Of a stretch of 64,000 nt of DNA, positions 47,745 through 55,485 are shown piece after piece. The notes below the pieces were generated by a model. That model was given only the letters and a program-made list of their open reading frames with translations, had not been told where the DNA came from and ran no database searches. This DNA is from Thermoplasmata archaeon. Its GTDB lineage: Archaea > Thermoplasmatota > Thermoplasmata > Lutacidiplasmatales > UBA184. A program made the position numbers and the translations under genes. The stretch is from assembly GCA_021798195.1 (NCBI GenBank), contig JAJZYH010000003.1, forward strand, positions 2,224 to 66,223. The letters are read 5' to 3'. Position 1 is the stretch's first letter; every line of letters starts with the position of its first letter.

Positions 47745-48419
47745 GTGGCGCGCTACCCCGACCGGGATGGGTTCCTGGTCCGGCACGCCGTGGAGGCGAA
47801 GACGGCGTACCGGGTGCTCCTGGGGATCCTCCTCTTCACCTTCGGGAGCCTCAAGTTCCTCCCCACGGCCCCCACCCGCTACCTCGCCGCGATGCAGGTG
47901 GGTGCCCATGCGCTCCCCTCGTTCCTCGGTGGTTGGAGCGGGCTCTGGGTGAGCCTCTTCGAGGGAGCCCCCACCCTCGCGGTCCAGGGGGTGGGGTCGG
48001 TGGAGATCCTCCTGGGAGTCCTCCTCATCCTGGGCCTCGCCCGGAAGGTGGTCTATGCGCTGGGGGTCGTCTTCGCCCTCTGGCTCTGGGTGGGGCCCGA
48101 GATGTTCGGCTTGAGCCTCGGGACCGACACGCTCGCGGTCTCCACCGGGCTCATCTACGCCACCTCGTTCTATGCGCTGGGGGTTCTCGACGCCACCTAC
48201 GGCCCCACGTTCTGGGCCCTGGACGGGGTCCTGGAGCGCCGCTGGGCCGGCTGGTCCCGCGTGGCCGAGATGCGGGGCTTCCGTCGCCCCCTGGAGCCCA
48301 TCGCCCTCTCCCTCTTCCAAAGCGAGGTCCCCGAGACGCCGGAACCTCGGGAACTCACCCCTCCCCGCTCCCCCGCGCGCCGGCCCCGCCGGGGAAGCCC
48401 TCCCTCCCCTCCGCCCTGA
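47745..48419 (+). CDS. DoxX/DoxD-like membrane protein
   Basis: YRVLLG..GSLKF, EILLGVLLILG, WVGPEMFG, ALDG; about 4 TM segments. Confidence 0.6.
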   Translation: MARYPDRDGFLVRHAVEAKTAYRVLLGILLFTFGSLKFLPTAPTRYLAAMQVGAHALPSFLGGWSGLWVSLFEGAPTLAVQGVGSVEILLGVLLILGLARKVVYALGVVFALWLWVGPEMFGLSLGTDTLAVSTGLIYATSFYALGVLDATYGPTFWALDGVLERRWAGWSRVAEMRGFRRPLEPIALSLFQSEVPETPEPRELTPPRSPARRPRRGSPPSPPP

Positions 48420-48479
48420 CGGCGTCATGGACCGCTCGGGGACGATTCCGGGCGGAGAGAGCCGGAAACGGAACGGGTC

Positions 48480-50180
48480 CTATCCCCCGCCCGGATCGTT
48501 CCGCTCCGTGCCCTGGACCCACGGGGGAAGAGGGTCCGCGTTCGCCACCGAATCCATGGGGACCCACCCCCGACGGGCCAATCCTTCGGCGAGCCGGATC
48601 CTCCCCGATTCCGCCGGTTGCCGGGGAAGTCCCGAGACGACCCAGCGAACACGACGCTGGGCGAGGGATCGGATCTCGTGGCTCTCAAGACCCACCTCAT
48701 GGGGTCCCACCCCGATCTCCCACAGCGTCTCCACGTCCTCCAGCCTCTCCAGATCCTCCCAGCGGAGCCCCGCCCGTTCCCAGACGGCGCGACCCAAGTG
48801 TCCCAGGAGCGTGGGGCGGCGAGCCGTCCAGGCCGCGAGGTCACGCGAAAGCCAGCGGGTCCCCCGGGGGGGTGTTTCCGGGAGGGTGGCCACGAGATAA
48901 TCGGGGGTCTCGCTTTCCGGGGGGAAGGGGACGTGGCCCTTTCCCAGGGTCCCTTCGAGCCCCCAGACCACGTGAACCGACGGGCTCACCTCCCGGGCGG
49001 TGGCACGGAGAGCGGACCACGCGATCTCCCCGGAACGGAGTTCGTCCGCCCGGACCACGAACCCCACGGCCGTCAAGTGATGCTCCTGGGCCGCCCGGGT
49101 CCATTCCCGGATCTCCTGGGCTCCCACCGTGGACGGGACATGGATGTGGAGCTCCGCCCGGGACCCGTTCTCGGGGAGGAGCGGGGGAAGGGTCCCTGCC
49201 TCGGCCGCCTCCACCTCCCCCTGGTTCTCCCGGATCTCCGGGGGGATCCACGGAAGGTCCACCGCGCGGTACACGTCCTCCTCCCGGGGAGCGGGCACCA
49301 GGACCTCGTTCCGGGTGAGCCCGTACTCGTTGATCTTCACCCCGAGCTGGATCCCCCGGCTCCGGAGGCGGATGTTGTGGTCCTTGGAGCCGGTGAAGTA
49401 GACCAGGGCCGCGCCGAACGCCTCGGGGGGGACCACCCGGAGGTCCACCTGGAAGCCCGTGGTCAGGCGCACCGTGCTCCGGGTCTCCCCGTGGAGGAGA
49501 ACCTCTCCCACCGCGGGTAGATGGGTGAACGCCTCCATGACCTCCCTGGGGCGCGCGGAGGTGGCCACGATGTCGAGGTCCCCGATGGTCTCCTTCCGCC
49601 GCCGGAGGCTCCCCGCCACCATGAGCTCCGCCACGGGGGCCCCGCTGGATCGCAGCGCGCGCACGGTCTCCCGGGCCAGGTCCTCGGCCTCCGGGAGGGA
49701 TAGGCGGGAGGACCCGGGGGCCGAAGGGGCCCGGCGCGCCCGCTCCAGCGACTCCTTGAGCTTCTGGACCTTCCGTTCCCGGAACCCCTCGAGCTGGGAG
49801 AGCGTGCCCTCCTTCAGGGCCCGGTCCAGGTCCTCGAGCCCCTGGATGCCCAGCTCCCGGAAGAGGCGGCGCGCGGTCTTCGGCCCCACGCCATCGAGCC
49901 GCAGGAGGTCCCGCAAGCCGGGGGGCGTCTCGCTCCGCAGCTTCTCGAGGTGCGCCACCTTCCCCGTCCGCAGGTACTCGTCGATCTTCTCGGCCAGGGC
50001 CTCCCCGATCCCCGGGATCTCCCGGAGCTTCCCTCGGGCGGCGAGGTCCCCCAGGTCCTCCGGGAGCCCCTCGAGCGTCCGGGCGGCCCGCCGGTACACC
50101 TCGGGGCGAAAGCGGTCTCCCGCGAGATCGAGGAGATCGGCGATCTCGTAGAAGATGCGTGCGATCTCCTCGTTCCCCAT
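48480..50180 (-). CDS. polX: DNA polymerase X with degenerate PHP domain
   Basis: YRRAA, HhH IPGIG and GVGPKT, AGSLRR.KETIGDLDI, QVDLR, YFTGSKDHN, IPPEIRE. Confidence 0.9.
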   Translation of the reverse strand: MGNEEIARIFYEIADLLDLAGDRFRPEVYRRAARTLEGLPEDLGDLAARGKLREIPGIGEALAEKIDEYLRTGKVAHLEKLRSETPPGLRDLLRLDGVGPKTARRLFRELGIQGLEDLDRALKEGTLSQLEGFRERKVQKLKESLERARRAPSAPGSSRLSLPEAEDLARETVRALRSSGAPVAELMVAGSLRRRKETIGDLDIVATSARPREVMEAFTHLPAVGEVLLHGETRSTVRLTTGFQVDLRVVPPEAFGAALVYFTGSKDHNIRLRSRGIQLGVKINEYGLTRNEVLVPAPREEDVYRAVDLPWIPPEIRENQGEVEAAEAGTLPPLLPENGSRAELHIHVPSTVGAQEIREWTRAAQEHHLTAVGFVVRADELRSGEIAWSALRATAREVSPSVHVVWGLEGTLGKGHVPFPPESETPDYLVATLPETPPRGTRWLSRDLAAWTARRPTLLGHLGRAVWERAGLRWEDLERLEDVETLWEIGVGPHEVGLESHEIRSLAQRRVRWVVSGLPRQPAESGRIRLAEGLARRGWVPMDSVANADPLPPWVQGTERNDPGGG

Positions 50181-50207
50181 GACCCACCCTCCCTCCGGGC
50201 CTCCCTC

Positions 50208-51023
50208 TTACGGCGCACTCCCGGTCCCCAGGTCCGCCCACACCCGGGGCTCGGCCGGGGTGAACCCCAGGGAGCGGTAGAGCTCCCGGGCCGGCTCGTT
50301 GTCGGCCCGTACGAAGAGCCCCAGGGAAGCGCCCGCACCGGAGGCCTCCTCGAGGAGCGCCGCCGTGATGGCCCGCCCCAATCCCTTCCTTCGATGGGCG
50401 GGATGAGTGAAGAGGCCCCCCAGGATCCAGCACTCGGCGGTCTCGGCCGAGGTGCGGCCCAAGGCCACGATCTCCCCGGAGGGTCGGGGTGCCAGCACCC
50501 CGAGGATCCGCTGCAGGGCGAGGTCCGGCCGGAGGTAGGCCGATAGGACCGTCTCGCCCGGGAACTGCCGCACCAGGGCCTCCACCCCGGGACGATCCCC
50601 GGGGGAGAGGCGACGCACCTCGAACCCCGGGGGAAGCTCCGGGCCCGGCTGCCTCCGGGAGAGGGTGGGAGGATGGATGAGGCCCAAGAGCGGGTAGGTG
50701 CGGACAGTGGGGAACGCCGTCCGCAGGGGCGCCTCGAGTTCGGGGGGAACGATGGCGATCCAGGGGCCTGTGGGAAGCCATTCCCGGAGCTGCCCGGGCG
50801 GGGCGGGCGGCCCCACCCAGTGGAACACCGGATACCGGGGTTCCCCCTGCCATTCCAGCAGGTACCCCACCGCTTCCCCCTCTTCCGAGAGCGAGAAGAA
50901 GCGGGACCATTGCGGGGCATGCACCAGGTCGTACGCCGCGAAGGCGTGCCGGAAGGGGTCCCGCTGGGCCCAGCGGGCGAGGACCACAGGATCGATGCCC
51001 GGCCGGATCGTCAACGCTCCCAT
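50208..51023 (-). CDS. GNAT acetyltransferase
   Basis: LFTHPAHRRKGLG, NEPARELYRSLGF. Confidence 0.85.
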   Translation of the reverse strand: MGALTIRPGIDPVVLARWAQRDPFRHAFAAYDLVHAPQWSRFFSLSEEGEAVGYLLEWQGEPRYPVFHWVGPPAPPGQLREWLPTGPWIAIVPPELEAPLRTAFPTVRTYPLLGLIHPPTLSRRQPGPELPPGFEVRRLSPGDRPGVEALVRQFPGETVLSAYLRPDLALQRILGVLAPRPSGEIVALGRTSAETAECWILGGLFTHPAHRRKGLGRAITAALLEEASGAGASLGLFVRADNEPARELYRSLGFTPAEPRVWADLGTGSAP

Positions 51024-51375
51024 GGCCCTGCGGGGTCCCTCCGGGTGGAATCCCCCTCCCCCGAACCCGGATCCCCAGAGGGGTCCCCGAGGCCATGAGC
51101 TTTCACTCTGGCGGCGCCCTGGGGAGGGATCCGGCTCCCCGAACTCGTTCCCCCGTCAACGTCCTTCAGCCCGCCCCGAATGATCCTCGATACTCTCATC
51201 CCGGGGCCGGACCCCCTCCCCGGGCGGAAGACGAATGGATCGTTCCTTCCGTTCCACGCGGTGTTCCGGTGGTCTGTGGGGCATCCCGACTACAATCTTC
51301 CCGGGGGCTGCCCCTCCGTCGGAGGATCGCGCCACGGCCGGTGCGAGGCTCGATTTCCACCTGGTGAGGGAAGCC

Positions 51376-51996
51376 CTATCTCCCCGGGACACGCGCTGAC
51401 GCCTGGAACTCGGACGCGAGGAGCCCGTAGATCTGCGAATCGACCCATCGGACACCCTTGCGGGCCACCTGGCGTCGCGTCCCCTCGAGGCGGAACCCCA
51501 CGTGGCCCAGCACCCGGGCCGAAGCGGGGTTGAAGGAGAACACCTCGGCTTCGATGCGATGGAGGTGGAGCTGGCGGAACCCGGCGCGGCAGACGGCCTC
51601 CACCGCCTCCGTGGCGAGCCCTTTCCCCCAGTGCCGTCTCGCGATCCAGTACCCCAGGGTCGCGCGGCGGTCCCTCCAGTCGAACTCCCGCAGCGCGATC
51701 CCACCCAGAAGTTCGCCCCCCTCCCGCGCGAATGCGAGGAGACTCAATGCCTCCCCGGAGGAGACCTGGACCGGATTCCGGGTGGCGAACCGGCGGGCAT
51801 GCTCCAACGTGTACGGGTACGGCATCCGGAGGGTGGGACGACTCACCGACCGGTCGTTGAGCACCGTGGCGAGTGCCTGGGCGTCGACCGGCCGCGCGGT
51901 CCGCAGCAGCATCCGGGGCGTGACCAGCGGCAGGTGGACGGGCTCGAGGGGCCCCCCGGGCTGGAGCTCCTCCCGGACCCTCTCCCGCCTCGGCAT
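51376..51996 (-). CDS. GNAT acetyltransferase, RimJ/RimL family
   Basis: LVTPRMLLR, LGYWI..HWGKGLATEA, NPASARVLGHVGF..EG. Confidence 0.88.
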   Translation of the reverse strand: MPRRERVREELQPGGPLEPVHLPLVTPRMLLRTARPVDAQALATVLNDRSVSRPTLRMPYPYTLEHARRFATRNPVQVSSGEALSLLAFAREGGELLGGIALREFDWRDRRATLGYWIARRHWGKGLATEAVEAVCRAGFRQLHLHRIEAEVFSFNPASARVLGHVGFRLEGTRRQVARKGVRWVDSQIYGLLASEFQASARVPGR

Positions 51997-52110
51997 GGCG
52001 GATGGGCTATCCGTGGTCCCTGCTTCATCGTTTCCGCCCCCTCCGCGTGGCCCCCTCCGATCCCCGCCGTTCTTCATCGTTAAGGGGACCCCTGCCCTGG
52101 GGAGGTTCCC

Positions 52111-53058
52111 GTGCCGCATCGGAACTCCGCCCAGTTGGGGGACCACCTGGAGGCACTCCTCACCGGGTTCCCCATGGCCCGGTCCCTCTCCTGGGACCCT
52201 CTCGGGTTCGTCCGCCCGTTCCGGAACGACCCCCGGGCCGCGGAGATCGCCGGCGTCTTCGCCGCCACCGTGGCCGTGGGGAACGTGAAGACCATCCACG
52301 CGGACCTCCAGGACCTCTTCCAGCGGATGGGAGGGGATCCCCGGGGGTTCCTGGAGCGGTTCCCGTCCCGGACCTGGCGCTTCCGCCTCGCCCCCTGGCG
52401 CCACCGCTGGATCCGCGCCGACCAGATGGGGTTCCTCGCCCTCCGTCTCCGGGAGGTCTACGAGAACTTCCCGGGAGGCCTTCAGGAGGTTGTGGAGGAG
52501 GGGATGCGTACCCCGGGCGCGGGGAGCGACATGGCCCGCGGGCTCGACGCGCTCTCCCGCTCCCTGCGCCATGGAGGCCTCGAGGCTCCCCGCACCTTTT
52601 ACGAACCGCCGCCGGGGTACGCCGCGCTCTTCCCGAGCCCTCTGGGCCCGGGTCACCCCGCCTGCAAGCGGGCGGCGCTCTTCGTCCGGTGGATGGTGCG
52701 CCGGACCGAACCGGACCTCGGGCTCTGGACCCGCATCCCGCCGGCCGCCCTCCGGATCCCCCTGGACACCCACATCTACTGGATCGCCCGCCACCTGGGC
52801 CTCACGCGCCGGATGGCCCGGGACTGGACCACCGTGGAGGAGATCACGGAGGCGCTGCGCGCCCTGGACCCCTGGGACCCGGTCCGCTTCGACTTCGCCC
52901 TCGCCCACACGGGGATCTCGGGCGACTGCCCCAAGCGGAGGGACATCTCCGTCTGCGGCCGGTGCGCCGTGCAGCCGGATTGCGATCTGTGGGCGGGACG
53001 GTGGCGGCGGACCCTGCCAGCCGTACCGGCCCCCCTCAGGATGCCGACGCCCCCGTAG
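52111..53058 (+). CDS. DUF2400/TIGR02757 family protein (HhH-GPD-like) with C-terminal Cys cluster
   Basis: CKRAALFVRWMVR, IPLDTH, DPVRFDFAL, C-x8-C-x2-C-x5-C. Confidence 0.8.
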   Translation: MPHRNSAQLGDHLEALLTGFPMARSLSWDPLGFVRPFRNDPRAAEIAGVFAATVAVGNVKTIHADLQDLFQRMGGDPRGFLERFPSRTWRFRLAPWRHRWIRADQMGFLALRLREVYENFPGGLQEVVEEGMRTPGAGSDMARGLDALSRSLRHGGLEAPRTFYEPPPGYAALFPSPLGPGHPACKRAALFVRWMVRRTEPDLGLWTRIPPAALRIPLDTHIYWIARHLGLTRRMARDWTTVEEITEALRALDPWDPVRFDFALAHTGISGDCPKRRDISVCGRCAVQPDCDLWAGRWRRTLPAVPAPLRMPTPP

Positions 53059-55186
53059 CGGGCCGGGCGCCGGGTCCCCCCGGGGGGATCCTCCGGCCCG
53101 CTCCTCCCCCGTCCAGGCGGGTCCAGCGCAACGACAGGGAGTTCAGGACCACCGTGGTGGAGGAGAGCCCCATGGCGAGGGCCCCCACCATGGGGAGCAC
53201 GTCATAGATGCCGAGGCCCAGGAGGGGCACGAGCACCCCCGCCGCCACGGGCAGGAGCACCGCGTTGTAGCCCAGGGCCCAGAAGAGGTTCTGGCGGACC
53301 TTCCGGACGGTCCGGCGTCCCAGGCGGAGGGCGAGGGCCACACCGCGGAAGTCGGACCGGATGAGGATCACGCCGCCCGACTCCCGGGCCACGTCGGTCC
53401 CGGCGCCGATGGCCACCCCCAGGTCCGCCGCGGTGAGGGCCGGGGCATCATTGATCCCGTCCCCCACGAAGGCCACGGTGTGCCCTTCGGCCTGGTACCG
53501 GCGGAGGATCTCGAGCTTCCCGGCAGGGGAGACCCCCGCGTGGACCCGCGAGATCCCCACGCTCTCCGCCAGCTTCCGGGCCGCCCTCTCGTGATCCCCG
53601 GTCACCATGACCACCTGGACCCCGTCCCGGGCCAGGGCCCGGAGCGCCTCGGGGACGCCGGGAGCCAGGGGGTCCGCGAAAGCGAGCGCTCCCGCAGCGC
53701 GCCCTCCTTCAACGAGGATGCTCACGGCCTTCCCCGAGCCCAGGAGGTCGGCGACCGCCTTCTCCAGGGGAGGGGGGAGCGGGATTCCCCGCTCCCCGAC
53801 GGCCGCGTACGACCACATCGCCACGGGCCCCTGCGGCCCTTCCCCCCGCACCCCCTCTCCGGGCGCGCTCTCCACCGACCGCACCGGGGCCGCGGCGATC
53901 CCGAGCCGGGCGGATTCCTCGCGGACCGCCCGTGCATAGGGGTGCTCCGAGTGGGTCTCGAGCCCCAGCGCCAGGGCGAGGACCTCCTCCCGGGAGAAGG
54001 TCCCCGCGGGGACCACGTCGGAAAGGAGGGGACGGCCCCGGGTGAGGGTCCCCGTCTTGTCCGTGAGGACGAGGTCCACCCGGGCGGCCCGCTCCAGCGC
54101 CGTCTTCCCCTTGAACAGGATGCCCTCTTCCGCCGCCCGTCCGGTCCCCACCAGAAGGGCGGCGGGAGTGGCGATGCCGAAGGCGCACGGGCATGCCGTG
54201 ATGGCCACCGTGACGAAGACGAGGAGGGCGATGGTGGGCGGGACGTGGCCCAGGAGGAGCCACGTCCCCGCCGCGAGGAGGGCCAGGACGAGGACCCCGG
54301 GGACGAAGCGCTCCGCGATGCGGTCCGCCAGGGACTGGAGAGGGACCCGGCTCATCTCGGCCTCGGTGACCAGGCGGCCGATCTGGGCGAGGAAGGTGTC
54401 TTCCCCCACCTGCGTGGCACGGACCAGGAGGACCCCTTCCCCGTTGAGGGTCCCCGCGAGGACCGGCGCCCCCGGCCCCTTGGGCACGGGGAGGCTCTCC
54501 CCGGTCACCACCGATTCCTCCACCGTGGTGCGCCCCTCGAGGATCGTTCCGTCCGACGGGAACCGTTCGCCGGGCCGGACCCGGAGCCGGTCCCCCACTT
54601 GGACCTCCGCCACCGGGATGACCCGTTCGCTCCCGTCGGGCTCCACCCGGAGGGCCTCCCGGGGGATCCGCTCCTGAAGGGCGCGCAACGAATGTCCGGC
54701 CCGGTCCCGGACCAGGTGCTCCAGGTAGTTCCCCGTGAGGATCAGGGTCACGATGAAGGCCGACGCGTCGAAGAAGTAGTCCGGCGGGAGCCGGCCCGGG
54801 AGCAGCACGGCGAGGAGGCTGTAGCCGAAGGCCACCGACGTGCCCACGGCGATGAGGATGTCCATGTTCCAGACCCGCCCCCGGAGGGCATCCCAGGTCC
54901 CCCGGTAGAACCCGAGCCCCGGGTAGAACTGGACGATGCCCGCGAGGCCCAGCGCGACCAGCGGCCAACCCGGGGGGTGAAAGAGATACGTGAGGAGGAG
55001 GACGGATACCGCGAGGGGCCAGGCCACCGCGAGGCGCCATCGGAGCCGGGCGATCTCCTTCCCCGGCTGGGCGAAGGCGAGGAGGCAGCCCTGGGCGCAG
55101 AAGTAGTACGTCCGGTTGTCCCGCACCAGCTTGAGGTCCGCCGTGGCCTCGTCCACGTACATCCCGCAGACCGGATCCGTCGCCAT
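53036..55186 (-). CDS. copA: Cu(I)-translocating P1B-type ATPase with N-terminal YHS domain
   Basis: DPVCGM..YYFC..C, TGES, CPC, DKTGT, HP, GDGINDAP, YN and MGLSS. Confidence 0.92.
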   Translation of the reverse strand: MATDPVCGMYVDEATADLKLVRDNRTYYFCAQGCLLAFAQPGKEIARLRWRLAVAWPLAVSVLLLTYLFHPPGWPLVALGLAGIVQFYPGLGFYRGTWDALRGRVWNMDILIAVGTSVAFGYSLLAVLLPGRLPPDYFFDASAFIVTLILTGNYLEHLVRDRAGHSLRALQERIPREALRVEPDGSERVIPVAEVQVGDRLRVRPGERFPSDGTILEGRTTVEESVVTGESLPVPKGPGAPVLAGTLNGEGVLLVRATQVGEDTFLAQIGRLVTEAEMSRVPLQSLADRIAERFVPGVLVLALLAAGTWLLLGHVPPTIALLVFVTVAITACPCAFGIATPAALLVGTGRAAEEGILFKGKTALERAARVDLVLTDKTGTLTRGRPLLSDVVPAGTFSREEVLALALGLETHSEHPYARAVREESARLGIAAAPVRSVESAPGEGVRGEGPQGPVAMWSYAAVGERGIPLPPPLEKAVADLLGSGKAVSILVEGGRAAGALAFADPLAPGVPEALRALARDGVQVVMVTGDHERAARKLAESVGISRVHAGVSPAGKLEILRRYQAEGHTVAFVGDGINDAPALTAADLGVAIGAGTDVARESGGVILIRSDFRGVALALRLGRRTVRKVRQNLFWALGYNAVLLPVAAGVLVPLLGLGIYDVLPMVGALAMGLSSTTVVLNSLSLRWTRLDGGGAGRRIPPGGPGARPATGASAS

Positions 55187-55274
55187 GGGTGATCCCTCTC
55201 ACGAAGCCCGCATCGGGTCCCGGTTCCCCGCGGGGGCGGTCCCTCCGCGGACCCCGGTGGCCACTGGCCCGCGC

Positions 55275-55418
55275 CTACCGCCGGGCGCGTTGGGCCTCGT
55301 ACTTCTTCTGGCAGGCCACGGCGCAGAAGTAGACCGTCTTCCCGTCGTAGGTCCCCTGCGCCGGGGCCTTCTCGGTCTCCACCGTCATCCCGCAGACCGG
55401 GTCCTTCACCTTCGTCAT
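55275..55418 (-). CDS. Stand-alone YHS/TRASH metallochaperone (47 aa, not in ORF track)
   Basis: MTKVKDPVCGMTVETEKAPAQGTYDGKTVYFCAVACQKKYEAQRARR; GTTTAAAC upstream at 55456-55463. Confidence 0.88.
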   Translation of the reverse strand: MTKVKDPVCGMTVETEKAPAQGTYDGKTVYFCAVACQKKYEAQRARR

Positions 55419-55485
55419 GGTCCCGCCATCCCTCCCTCCGTGGCACGGGGGGAGGGTTTAAACGGGTTTGCCCGGGAGCTCCCCC

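Noticed and set aside
51024-51375. 350-nt gap as SRP RNA, RNase P RNA or a decayed GNAT gene
   Set aside because: No SRP helix-8 or RNase P GAGGAAAGUCC motif on either strand; GNAT resemblance too weak
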